DNA of 64,000 nucleotides from a virus: IMG/VR virus record IMGVR_UViG_3300047496_000382, one strand, 5' to 3'. This document shows positions 41,452-52,547 of the stretch, piece by piece. Under the pieces are notes generated by a model. The model had not been told where the DNA came from, searched no databases, and was given only the letters and a program-made list of their open reading frames with translations. Positions within the stretch are counted from its first letter, which is position 1, and every line of letters begins with the position of its first letter. Both the position numbers and the translations under genes were made by a program.

Positions 41452-42391
41452 TCACACGCTCGGCGGTTGTTCATCGGTCTCGGCCTCCCTGAGCACGCCC
41501 ATCTCGTCGAGGATTACGTACAGGTCCTTGTCCTTCTTTTCCTGGACGAGGCCCAGTGGCTTGAGCCACTCGATGAACCGGTTTGTGGCGTCGTCCCCGA
41601 ACTCGAAGCGCAGGTGCTGGTCCCACCGTGCGCTCGTCCAGGAGCCGATGCGCACGAGAAGGAACTTGAGCATCTGCGCCGGCGTCGCCTCTCCCGGTTC
41701 GTAGTTGCCCTCGTTGGCTACATCTTGTGCCGCTGCGCGTTCGGCACGTAGTCGTGTACAGGCCTCATCGCGCTGATTCCGCATCAGACGGTTGGCGATG
41801 AGCAGGCGCCCCACCAACGTGCCAGGTGCTGCTTCGGCCATGTCGACGAGCAGCTCGCCGGCGGCAGCAATCTTGTCGGCTTCAGCCGCCGCCAACGTCG
41901 CGATGAAGCGGCGAACGAGCTCACCTTGCGAGCTCTGGGTCGAAGCCCAGTCGCGCGCAACAGCAATGAGCTCGTCGTGCGTATACGGCTGCGCGTCAGC
42001 CATCGGTCGTCACTTTCAGCTCCACGCCCTCGAGGGGGAAGAGCACTCCGTCGTCGACGTTGATGAGGAAGATGCGCGCGTCCGGGATGCTGCCGGGGCG
42101 TGGGGTGTAGCTGCCCTCGAGCTCGGGCATCATGTCGTCGTAGTCGTCCTCGTTGTCTGCGTCGTTGTGGAGGTTGACCTTCACGCCGCGGTGGTCGAGC
42201 AGTCCGCGCAGGCGGTCCACCTCGCCCACGAGGTCCGTGACCGACACGCGCATCTCCACCACTGCGCGGTCTTCGCCCGTCTGCTCGTTGTGCTTGATGA
42301 CGTCGAAGTCCAACGTCTTCAGCCACGAGACCGTTCGCGTGATGGGGAACGTCTCTTCGTCCTGCTCGGTGTCCGTCTCACTGTCCGACAT
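41452..42391 (-). other. Two hypothetical CDS (41452-42003, 41996-42391)
   Basis: Coupled ORFs with SD. Confidence 0.6.
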
Positions 42392-43184
42392 TCTTCTTCT
42401 CCTCGGTTGTAGGTGATACACCGTCTTCGAGAGTCTTCAAGACCTTCCTGGCGCCGGCAATGCTTTCTTCCGAAGCACCGGCCAGCGTTGCGAAGGTGAC
42501 TGCCGCCGCCCAGCCAGCCATGGCTGTCGAACGCAGCACGGCGGCCTCTGCATCGCGCAGGTTGCACTTGTACCGCTCATGGAGGAGCGGCTTGAAGACG
42601 TTGCACCCACAGGGCCCGGAGAGACCCTCACGAGTCTCGCAACGGAAGGACGCTGACGCCCCACCGACACGAATCAGCATGTCGCCACCGATGGGCTCGT
42701 TATAGCCGGGCGTTCGCTGAAGAACACCCTTCGCCAAGTGCCGAGTAGTACGCAGCTCCTCGGCCAGCTTCTCCATCGTGCGCATGTGCTCTACGAGGAC
42801 GGCGACGATGCCCTCGTTGATGTCCGTGCGCGGTTCCTGGATTCGATAGCTGGGGTAGGGGTAGCCCTCCTTCGTGCTCGAGGTCCAGAACTCACCGGGC
42901 ACCATCGCGCGCAGCTGCACCATCGGCAGCGCCCCGACGACGTAGATGTCGAGGATGTGGTTTCGCGCGTACTTCTCCAGCCACAGTCAGGAGTGGTCGA
43001 CAGCGTAATAGAGCCCGTCGTGTACCGGCAGCTCGAGCACCTGCCCAACTGCGCGTACGAGCTCGTGGCAGCGTAGGCGTGTGGAGAGCTTCACCTCGTC
43101 GAGGTTGGCGATGAGCGAGTCAGCACACCGCATGAGCTCCTTCTCCTCTTCCGAGAAGACCTCCACCTCGCTGTAACCCTTCAT
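42378..43184 (-). pseudogene. Gene interrupted by in-frame TGA at 42987-42989
   Basis: ...AVDHS*LWLEKYARNHILDIYVVGALPMVQL... is continuous in one frame. Confidence 0.6.
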
Positions 43185-44468
43185 GTGCCGGGCTTGCTCT
43201 CGGTGGGCGTCTGCGGCACGCGTACCTCACCGACGTCACCCTGCTCGACCAGGTCGGTGATGGAGGCGTTGGTCTTGACCTGCTCCTTCGCCGCCTCTGC
43301 AGAGTCGGCCTCGACAGTCAGCGTGCCTGTAATGGTCAGAACGTAGTTCACGTCGAAGTGCGGCATGACGCCTCCTTGTAGCGGTTGAAAGCACGACGGC
43401 CGAAGTAGACGGCTTCGCGCCCGAGCCACATGCCCATCGTGATGGGCCAGGTGACCGCGATGCCGATGCCGGTGAAGAGCAGGTCAGTGCTCTGGTGTTC
43501 GAGCGCCTCGATGACGGCTTGCCCGGAGAGCGCGAGGACACCGCCGGCGTAGAGGATGAGGATGGTGGTCATACCGGGTCTCCACTGAAGGGGTCACGGT
43601 GATTGGCCAAGCGCCAGGCCTGTTGAAACGCCTGCGCGTCTGCCTCGGTCACGAAGTACGCGCGCTTCTCCTCTTCGAACTCGCAGGACCACAGCGCGGC
43701 GAGCTCCGTAGGCGGGTGTACGACCAGGTCAGGCGCGGTGTACACGTACTCGAGGTCGCAGTTGTTGCACCAATAGAGGAGGCGCCCGCGCGTATCAGTC
43801 TGGGGCGTCTGCCCATCCCAATGCATACGCGTATCGCCGGCGTAGTTGAACCCCTGTCCATCTTCCGTGCGACGAAGCAACGCGACACCAGGAGTTGTCT
43901 CACAGGTGCCCTCGGGGTCACCGCCACACTTCGGACAGAGAGCAAGCGGGAATTCGGCCATCACTTTCCTTTCTTTCGGTTGAGACGTTCTTCGAACTTC
44001 TTGATGTGCTCCCGAACGATGTCGTCGGGAACCACGGGAATGACCTCCTTGGCGGAGATGAAGACCGAGCCGCCACCGAAGGCACCGTCCTCCATCTTGC
44101 TGCAGGTCATCGCGTAGCTGAGGACGAGGTACTCGTTCTTGCGGAAACGCTTGAGGAACGCGTGGAGCAGGAACGCCGCCTGGCCGACGCTGCCTGCGTC
44201 CTCAGAGAAGAGACGTGCAGCGTAGTAGTTGCTGCGCACGTACTCCCCCTTCTCCTTGTCCCACTCCATGTCATCGATGACCTGGAGCTCGAAGTCGGGG
44301 AAGATGGTGGTGTCGAACTCGCGCCCGAACTTCTTGAGGAAGGCGGCTTGCTCCGGGCTCGTGCCCTCAGCATCCTCCGTGCGCACACCCATCAGGTCCC
44401 ACCAGTTCTTCTCTTCGAGAGTGACCTTGGGCACCTTCACGCAGAAAAACGTGTAGTAGTCCGGCATG
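43181..44468 (-). other. Four hypothetical CDS (43181-43366, 43348-43572 membrane, 43569-43964, 43961-44468)
   Basis: Coupled ORFs; promoter CAAC-N17-CATAAG at 44490-44518. Confidence 0.6.
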
Positions 44469-44524
44469 CAGAGTCTCTCCTTCACCCTTCTTATGCCCGA
44501 GCAGCGCAGGAAGTTGAGGGGCTA

Positions 44525-44558
44525 GAAGAACAGGCGACACCCCGAAGGGCACGCCTGC
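44525..44558 (-). terminator. Intrinsic terminator
   Basis: CAGGCG.GCCC-UUCG-GGGU..CGCCUG followed by UUCUU. Confidence 0.7.
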
Positions 44559-44564
44559 TCACCC

Positions 44565-45127
44565 CTACACCGCGTCGAGAATGCCCTGCGGGACGCCCTC
44601 CGCGTCCATGCAGACGAGACTGTGGTCGTCTGAGCCGAGCACGCTCTCAATGGCATAGACAGCACGCTCTGCTACCTCGGGGTGCAGCCCCTTGATGTGC
44701 ACGAAGAGCGGCGAGTCTCGAGGTACTTGCCACTTCGTCATGAGGTCAATGAACGCACCCACCGTCAATCGAATGCGCGGCGTGGGCGGTCGCAGCGTGC
44801 CCGGCTTGGGACGAAGGGGCTTGTCCTCCTGGAGCGACAGCCCGAGCTCCCCGAGGACGAGGCTCACCTCCTTCAGGCACTTTCTCCAAAGCGCATTCGC
44901 GCCTTGAGCATGCGCGGTGACTGTCGAATGAGCTGCCCCAGGAGCAGCACCGGGTTCGACCCCATCGTGAGCGCGTTCGCCGTGCGTACCGAAAACGGAA
45001 ACCACTCGAGCGGGCACTTCAACGGGTCGTTGAGCTCCTCCAGCTCATCATTGTAGTTATCGCCGAGCAACGTACCCAGCTTCTTGAGCAACAGCTCCTT
45101 CTCGTCCACGACATTCACCTCGGTCAT
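44565..45127 (-). pseudogene. RNA polymerase alpha-CTD-like protein, broken by a 1-nt frameshift near 44886
   Basis: PLEWFPFSVRTANAL...LGQLIRQS...RFG (frame 1) plus RKCLKEVSLVLGELGLSL (frame 2) aligns with RpoA-CTD VDDLELTVRSANCL...IGDLVQRT...[21 protein letters not shown]. Confidence 0.7.
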
Positions 45128-45145
45128 GCAGGCCTCCTCGTAGTT

Positions 45146-45174
45146 CTTGTGCCCGAACCCTCGAGAAAGTTGGC
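45146..45174 (-). promoter_or_regulatory. Phage-class promoter CAAC-N17-CACAAG
   Basis: Exact spacing; SD GAGGAGG downstream. Confidence 0.7.
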
Positions 45175-45176
45175 TA

Positions 45177-45211
45177 GAAAAAGACGAAGGGCGCCGAAGC
45201 GCCCTTGTCCT
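45177..45211 (-). terminator. Intrinsic terminator
   Basis: AAGGGCGC-UUCG-GCGCCCUU followed by CGUCUUUUU. Confidence 0.8.
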
Positions 45212-45230
45212 TCTCACGTGCTCACCGACG

Positions 45231-46570
45231 TCAGTCGAAGAACAACTTCATCGCCTCGTTGAGGTACCGCGACGCTGCTATCGCAAGGCTCTTGGTCACA
45301 CCTATTTCGAAGTCGTGGAAGACACACTCGATATAGGCCGCGGGCACCAGTGGGTTGGTCCAGAAGTCCACTGGCATGTGTGTCTTGAACGCATGCATGA
45401 CCAAAAGCAGCTCTTCGGTCTTCTTGCCGTTGGTGTTGTAGATGTCACGCAGCGTCGGGCTGTAGAACATCACCAACTCAAAGTCGTCGCTGTCCTCGAG
45501 GTCGCTCAGCTCCTTCTGGAAGTTCAGAACGACCGGGCTCAGTTCGTCTGGCTCGGATATCGGTTCCGACACCGCCTCCGTGGTTGGTGCTGCAATGTCT
45601 ATCAACATCTCGTCTGATGTCTCCAACGGAGGGAGCTTGGCTGTCATGGCGTCCTCACTGCAGGGATGTGCGGAGGTGCTCGTCGACAGCGGTGGCAAAG
45701 GCCTGCCACACGTCGCCGGTTCGGCACGTCGGGTCTTTACAGCTTTGTCGGTGCTCCTGGACCCGCTTCACGAGGTGCGCGCTGACGCTTCGAAACACTT
45801 CTGTGTTGAAGGGAAGCTCGCCCGTGCGCGCTCCTCGCGCCAGGATTCCAGGCCCCTCTTTTTGCAGACGCGCAAGTACTCCCTCAGCTGTCATATCCTG
45901 CGTATGCACCTGAAGGTACCGACACACCTGCCGCGCCGTCTCTTCTACCGCTGCCTCCTCCGGAGACTGCGCAGGCGGTGAGTCATGCGAAGAGCGCGTG
46001 CCGGAGAGTCGGGCAAGCACCTCCTCTATGGGAAGCAACAGCGCTTGCGGGCCTTCCTCATCACCAGCGTAGCTGGCGATGAGCGTGATGCCCGTCGGCG
46101 TCAGAACGGGCGGCATCACCTTGTAGCCCTCTTCCGCCAGGCCGTTGAGCATGTTCTCGATGTTGCGCGCGTAGAGTTTGCTGCTCTTCGCGGGCACGAA
46201 GTTCACGTGCTCGACCCGGTACAACTTCTTCTTCTTTTCCTTCGTCTCATTCTTGGCCATTGGTGTGCCTCCTTGCACGCTTGAGCCTTCGTCTGCTGAC
46301 CAGGACGTCCGTCACGCAGCCGTAGGCCAGGCGAAGAGCAATCAGTCCGGGGACACGGAACCACCAGCGGTCCGCCCAGCACTTCTCATTGAGCCACGGC
46401 GTGCAGAAGAGCAGCACACCGGCCATCAGCATGAAGACGCTGTCACGCACGTTCGCGTAGTACGCCGCCTCGAGTTCTTCCTTCGTACACACAGGCGCCC
46501 TCCCGTTCTTCTTATTCCAGAAGGCGACCACAAGTTGTACGTGAGCACTACTCGTTGTCGCTACGCTCAT
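45231..46570 (-). other. Three hypothetical CDS (45231-45649, 45655-46260 with DUF4177-like N-domain, 46247-46570 membrane)
   Basis: ORF track; ...NIENMLNGLAEEGYKV... pattern. Confidence 0.55.
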
Positions 46571-47180
46571 CGTCTGCGGGCGGAAGAGCGCGTGCCGCAG
46601 AGCCTGCGAGCTCGCCGCGCCGGCGGTACTCCGCAGGACGACCGACGTTCATCACGTTGTGCGGCGTGAGCTTTCGGATGTGCATCCGGAGCTGCTCTGG
46701 GTTGAGGTCGAGGGCGTCGCAGATGAAGAGGAAGCTCGTGCCTTCCTTGTCTTCGCGCTTGCGCAGCTCCCAGTCCGGATGCCCCGGCTTCTCGAGGAAT
46801 AGCCAGGTGTACGCCTCCTCGGCGAGCTCCTTGCGCTTCATGCGTCGGCTGGTGCGGTAGAGCACCCAGTCGGAGGCCGCGCGTCGGATGATTTCGAGGA
46901 GCAGCGCGCGCGTGCCGTACGCGTTCTGCAGCGACTGCACATAGGCCTCGTGCGTGCCCGGAGGCGGCGGCGGGGGAGGCAGGCAGCGCGCGGGGAGCGG
47001 TGGCGAGATGAAAATGCGCGGCTTGGGCGGCTGCCGCTTCTTCGGCGCGCGCGGCGGGGGCTTGGGGCGCGCGAGCGCGAACTCCTCACGCAACTTCTCG
47101 ACGTCGAGCTCGACCTTCGACGTGCGCACCAGCTGTCGCATGGACGACAGCAGCATTCGGCGAAGGACGACGGCGCTCAT
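46548..47180 (-). CDS. Conserved phage protein (Pro-rich linker plus EIIRRAASDW...AYTWLF...SFLFICDALDLNP helical domain)
   Basis: TGATG coupling to the structural gene upstream; motif common in phage hypotheticals. Confidence 0.6.
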   Translation of the reverse strand: MSAVVLRRMLLSSMRQLVRTSKVELDVEKLREEFALARPKPPPRAPKKRQPPKPRIFISPPLPARCLPPPPPPPGTHEAYVQSLQNAYGTRALLLEIIRRAASDWVLYRTSRRMKRKELAEEAYTWLFLEKPGHPDWELRKREDKEGTSFLFICDALDLNPEQLRMHIRKLTPHNVMNVGRPAEYRRRGELAGSAARALPPADDERSDNE

Positions 47181-48082
47181 CAGGGTACGACCGTCACTGT
47201 CCCGCCCGGCACACTCACGCCCGGGTCTGGGATGTGGACGATGCTGAGGTCCAGGCGTCTGACGATGATGCTCGCGGTGCCTGGCGCGACCGGGCGCAGG
47301 ACCAAGGTGTTGTTGGTCGGGAGGAGCAGGAGCACGGTCGGGTCGCTGCTCGCGTACGCCACGTCGCTGATGGCCGAGCCCTGAAGCAGCTCACCGTCGC
47401 TCGCGTACACCTGCGGCTGCACAACGTAGTCGCCGGCAGCGACCGACAGCGTGTACGGCCCCGGCGCGTAGAGCTCGACGAGCTGCACGATGGGGAAGAG
47501 CAGGTCGACGAGGTTCACGTTCACCGCGTCGGGCACCGAGATGTGCCTCACTATGTCCTCTGCGCCAGCGACGGTGACGCTGTACTTGCCGAAGCGGATG
47601 AGCGGAATCTGCGCGTAGCCCTTGTCGTCCGTCGAGACGATGACGCGCTCCTTCAGGATGCCCGCGCCGTCGAGCCAGAGCGGGTTGAACTCTGGCATGA
47701 AGTGAATCTCAGTGTTGCTCGCCGGCGAGCCGTCCGGCCCACGGAAGTACCCGAACGCGACGCACAGTCGCGGGTCGGTCGAGAGAGGCGGTGCGACGAG
47801 CTGCCCCGTCACCAGGAGGGTGTTCGTCTGTCCCGGTGCGAGCGGCGTCGGCAGCACCTCGAAGTACTGCGGGTTGGGAAGACTCACCGCCTGCTTGAAG
47901 TAACGCAGCTGGTAGGTCTGCCCCGAGGGGAGAAGAAACCCCGCCTGCCCGTTCACATCTGTAGTTGCCGTCGTGAAGAGAATGCGCCCGTCTTGCGAGA
48001 GCACCTTCACGAAGACGCCGGCGATGGGAGCCGCAAGCGGGGTTGAGTCGGTGACGAGGAGGTCGACGCTTTCGTAGCCCAT
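47180..48082 (-). CDS. Virion protein with carboxypeptidase-regulatory-like/Ig-like domains
   Basis: PIAGVFVKV...TATTDVNGQAGF...; STDDKGYAQI; beta-sandwich composition. Confidence 0.6.
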   Translation of the reverse strand: MGYESVDLLVTDSTPLAAPIAGVFVKVLSQDGRILFTTATTDVNGQAGFLLPSGQTYQLRYFKQAVSLPNPQYFEVLPTPLAPGQTNTLLVTGQLVAPPLSTDPRLCVAFGYFRGPDGSPASNTEIHFMPEFNPLWLDGAGILKERVIVSTDDKGYAQIPLIRFGKYSVTVAGAEDIVRHISVPDAVNVNLVDLLFPIVQLVELYAPGPYTLSVAAGDYVVQPQVYASDGELLQGSAISDVAYASSDPTVLLLLPTNNTLVLRPVAPGTASIIVRRLDLSIVHIPDPGVSVPGGTVTVVP

Positions 48083-48089
48083 GGTGCCC

Positions 48090-49115
48090 TCAGAGCGTTC
48101 GGCGTACTGCGAAATCGATGTTGGGCTGTTGGACCGTGAATGCGTCATTTGGGCCGGCGGGGCCCGTGAGCATATTCAACGCCGTCACAGTCGGGTCGGT
48201 CGGCACGGTGATGTCGCGCGAGAGGTTGGTGCCTCCGATGGCGACACTCACGGCAGCTCCGCGCACGAGCAGCACCTCTGCGTGGCCGGTCCTATCGGTC
48301 AGGAGCTTCAGCCCTCCGCCAGCGACGGTGAAGCCCGCGACCTGCGTACCGTTGAAGGCGTTGTAGATGTAGACCTCTTGCCCGTAGAGGGGAGCGCCGG
48401 TGACGTCGACGAGGTCGACGTAGCAGCGCACCTGGTTGGCCGGACCAACGCCCTGCACCACGCGGCCGCGGAAGGGCAGCGAGTAGTCGCTCAGCAAGCC
48501 CGAGGTGCTGTTGTAGAAGCGCCAGCGATACCAATAGGCGGGCGCCCCATTCGGGTCGACGAAGCCGTAGGTCTGTTGCGTGGGCTGGAGCACGAGGCGT
48601 CCGTCACGTCCGAAAGCGACTGACTGCGGCTCCTGCGTCGGCAAGCCGAGCAAGGGCGCCGCGTCTCCACCCACCACACGCAGCGTGACCTTCACGCCCA
48701 CGGCAACAGTGCTCACGACGAGCTGCGCACCGGCCACATAGGCGACGAGTACGCCCGCGCTCTGCGCCTGTATTTGCGCCGCAGCGTCGGCAAATGTCAG
48801 CGGGTCGACGCCGGTGAACGTCACGAGGACGTCGGTCTCGCCCGGCGTTCCCTCATTGAGAAGAAGCTCGAGCGTCTTGCCTGAGAGCACGACGCTCGGC
48901 CCGGTGACGGGGGATAAAGGGGCTGCCGGTGCGTTGGGTGGCTGAACTGCCGGCATCCATGTGTTGTCAGTGAGGGCGTCGTAGGGCCCCTGCTCCGTGT
49001 CGCGCGAACGCCAGAGTTCGAGACGGTCATACGACCCAGACCAGAGCGCCGGGTCAAGAAAGAGGTCGAGCTCTATGCGTTCGTTCGTCACAAGGACGAC
49101 AGGGGCCGGGTTCAT
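48090..49115 (-). CDS. Virion structural protein (Ig-like/prealbumin-like domain)
   Basis: YGFVDPNG...YWYRWRFYNS; LLTDRTGHAEV; coupled in a structural operon. Confidence 0.55.
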   Translation of the reverse strand: MNPAPVVLVTNERIELDLFLDPALWSGSYDRLELWRSRDTEQGPYDALTDNTWMPAVQPPNAPAAPLSPVTGPSVVLSGKTLELLLNEGTPGETDVLVTFTGVDPLTFADAAAQIQAQSAGVLVAYVAGAQLVVSTVAVGVKVTLRVVGGDAAPLLGLPTQEPQSVAFGRDGRLVLQPTQQTYGFVDPNGAPAYWYRWRFYNSTSGLLSDYSLPFRGRVVQGVGPANQVRCYVDLVDVTGAPLYGQEVYIYNAFNGTQVAGFTVAGGGLKLLTDRTGHAEVLLVRGAAVSVAIGGTNLSRDITVPTDPTVTALNMLTGPAGPNDAFTVQQPNIDFAVRRTL

Positions 49116-49116
49116 G

Positions 49117-49713
49117 TCACGCCCGCGCCGTCTGGGGTCCGCGGACGATGGTGCCGTCGGGGCGGACGGTATTCGGGCCGACCGGAATGCCGTACTTCGC
49201 GGAGAGCTCGACCTGGAGTGTGCGAAGCTCGGTGCTCTCTTGCGTGAACTTCTCCGTCGCCTGCTGGCGCGCGTTGTCGAGCTGCTGCATCTGCAGCTGG
49301 ATATTCTGGACGCGAAGGAACTTGTTCTCCATGCGGAGACGGTCCTCTTCCGTGAGGCGCGTGGGCAGCGCCGGCACGACCTGGGCAGGCTGCGCGCTCG
49401 CGCCCTCGGCGGGAGTCGGTACGCCCTTTACTGTTTCTGTGGGGGCCTCGACAGTCATCTCTTCTTTCGGGTCCATGCTCACTCCTCGGTTTCAAGTGCC
49501 TACGAGAAAATCGTCAATCTCAGAGGCGACCAGGTCGGAGGTCGCAGACACAGCGGACTGTGCCAACGTCTCCGACCCGGTGCGCCCCTGGAGGATTGTC
49601 TTCGCAGACGTCACGCGGTTGTTCAACTCGGCGGTCGCGGCCGTCGCCCAGTCCTGGGCAGCAGAAGCGAGTGCGTCAAGTCGCGCGTTGCGGTCCGCGA
49701 GTGTTCCCGCCAT
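49117..49713 (-). other. Two small CDS (49117-49482 coiled-coil; 49492-49713 leaderless)
   Basis: TAGACT 8 nt before ATG 49713. Confidence 0.6.
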
Positions 49714-49746
49714 GGCGGCGGAGTCTACATCAGTCTCTGGCCGTTA

Positions 49747-52530
49747 CTAGCGGCGGAGTGCACTGGGCGGAAAACCGCCTTTCTTCAGCCACTCTTCGAG
49801 GCCCCCTACCGCCTGCACGAGCTCCAAGACCTCGTCGGCGTCGGCGGTGATGGGGTTGCTGAGCGGGTCGCCGCGGTCGAGGTCGTCCCTCAACTTCTTC
49901 GCCCGTTCACAGATTTGTCTCCACGCTTCGTCAGGGTCCATCTGGTACAGCTCCCTGCTGCAGCGGCGCGCGCTTCTTCTCCGCAGCAAGCTCCGCCGCA
50001 CTGAGGAATGCATCGAGCAACTGAGGGTTGCCATGGAACGTGGTCGCGAAGATGCAGCCGAACTTCTCACCCAGGTACGCGGCTTGATAGTCCGCGATGG
50101 GGAGAGAGCCGCCGACGTGGATGTTGGTCTGCGCGAAGTCGATGCCCGCGTTGAGCGCGTCTTGCGCAATCTTGATGTACTCGTTCATAAAGCCCGTGAG
50201 CTCGATGAACGGATGTGCGCCGATGGAGACGGCCTGCGCGTAGAAGCTCGAGCTGAGGTTGCTCATTCGCGAGAGCATGAGCTTCAGCTCGGCACGGCGT
50301 TCTTCGGTGAGCTCTTCACGCGGGGACATCGGTACCTCGTGGAAGCCCGAAGCGGTCCCAGACCTCGTCGGGGAGGAAGGCGACGCGCTTCTTGAGGATG
50401 TCATCGCGCAGCTCGACCGACGACACCGCGCGCTCGATGAGCGCGTCCTTGACGACGACCCACCCACCACTGCGCCAGGGGTTCTTCATGTCATCAGTCT
50501 TCTTCTCGTCGACCGAGATGAGGATGATGCCCTGCTGCATGTAGCCCTTGCACGTGTCGCAGGGCTCGTAGTTGATGACCACGGCACGTGGTGCCTCGGC
50601 GTCGTCGCGCAGCCGGCCAAAGAGGATGACCCCCTTGTCGCCGTTGCAGAAGAAGCACTTCTCGATGGACGAGTTCACACCGTGCTTCGGGGACAGGTAC
50701 AGCCCCATGGTCAGCCCTCCACTGGTACGCCGAAGGCGAGGATGAGGTCCTTGCCTGCGGTCGAGATGACAGTCATTCCCTTCTTCAGGGCAGCGGCGCT
50801 GGCGTGGTCGAAGAGGTAATTCTCCGTCACGCTCTCGAGCTGGGTGATGAAGCTGTTGCCATTGGGCTTGTCTGCCTGACACTGGAAGAGGTCCGGCGGA
50901 GTCAACGGAGCCACTTCCTTCTTGGGCTTGCTCATCCTGGTGTCTTCTCCTTCTTAGGGCGTGGTTTCTTCGGGCTGCCGAGCCTGATGATGCTCTTGCG
51001 GTCGCGCAGGTCGAGGTCAGCGCAGCACGAGGCGCACGCGTTGTACTTCCACGTGCAGTCGTCGCAGAGCTTCGGCACACCTGTGTTCGGGTGCGACTGC
51101 TCCTTCTCGCACGCGAGGCACTTCCAGTTGGTGAACGCATGGCCGACGAGCTGCCCGCGCTTCAAGTAGAAGCAGGAGGCGCAGAGCCTCTGCTCGAGAC
51201 GTTGCGTGCGGTCGCGGTCGGCGAGGACGTTGAGCGCGCGAGAGACGGTGCTCTCGATGAGCTGCTTCGCCCAGTGGTTGGCGTGGAGGATGGATGAGAG
51301 GTCGAACTTCATGGGGTTTAGTCCTTCCACTCCACGCCGTGCGCGGTGCGATGTGGAGGTGAGTGGTTCTTTTCACGGTCACAACTCTCCATGAACCGAA
51401 CCCGCATACAGAGCGGATAGTGCCGCGCGCACATGGCGCAGTAGCCAGTTCTACCCCCATCGCGTGGATACTCGATGCGGAGCTGAACGTGCGTATGCAC
51501 AGGGCAGTTCATGCTGCCTTCTCGCAGAGTGCCCGCCACTCGACGAAGAGGGGCCTGAGCTCCTCTCGGCACTTCTGGATGACCGCCAAGCGCGCGGGCG
51601 TGCTGTCCTCCGAATAGCAACTCACGTTGAAGTGCGCGCAGCTGACCCAGAACTTCCCGCCCATGCCGAGGCAGCCCTGGAAGCGAAACTCGGTGGTGTT
51701 CCCGCAGCTATCCGACGCCGGGTGGTGCCGCCACGTGTGGAACTCGACGAAGTCGAGCTCATTGTTCTCGTTCGCCTTGGCGTAGACGACGAGGACTTCG
51801 TACGCGCGCTTGAAGATGCTCTCGAGCTGGTCGGGGATGGTGGTCATCACTTCACCTTGCGACGGTCCTTGCACGCCACGCTCATTCGGCCACCGTCATC
51901 TCGCTCCAGAACAATGCGCAGCCCGCCAGGGTTCGCCTGCGTGAAGGCTGCAAAAAACTTGTGGGCTGCCAACAGCGTGTTGTTCGTGTGGATGCTGTAC
52001 GCAAACGAAGTCCCGTGCACGACTGGCGACGGGACCACTGGCGCGGGCGCAGGCTCAATGAGGGCTGCGGGAGGTGTAGGGGCGGGAAGAGGCAGCTGCT
52101 GCGGGTACTGCTTGGTTACTGGGGTTGAAGACGCCGCTGTCTTCGCGGCCGCGATTTCTTCCGGGGTGCGCGGCGACTTGCGCTGCACGTACGCCGGTAC
52201 GGCGCACGCACGTTCACGCGCAGCTCGAATGGCCGCGGCGGGGCTGCCTGTGCGCGTTACTTCTTCATGGCGCTCGGCAATCGAGAGAGCGTTCTGCTCG
52301 GAGATACGCTTGTAGTTCTCAAGCAGGTATTTCAGAGGGAATGTTCGTTTGCTGGATTGCCCAGGCGAGAGGTAGTCCACGCACACAACCCCACTGGGCC
52401 CGCGCACGCTCTCAAGAAGTACGACGACTACGTCACCGGCTGTGTTGTTGGTCCACTCTGAGCGGACCGCCCAGTACTGTCCCTTTCTCACCAAGACCGT
52501 CTTCTCGTTGTCGTTGTTCGTCGTAGTCAT
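49747..52530 (-). other. Array of hypothetical CDS (49747-49943, 49931-50329, 50316-50708, 50711-50935, 50932-51311, 51318-51512, 51509-51850, 51847-52530)
   Basis: Coupled ORFs, several Zn-finger-like; GGCATAAG at 52547-52554 upstream. Confidence 0.55.
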
Positions 52531-52547
52531 GCAATCCTCCACTGTTC

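Noticed and set aside
46960-47070. G/C-run low-complexity tract
   Set aside because: Explained by the proline-rich linker codons of ORF 46548-47180.
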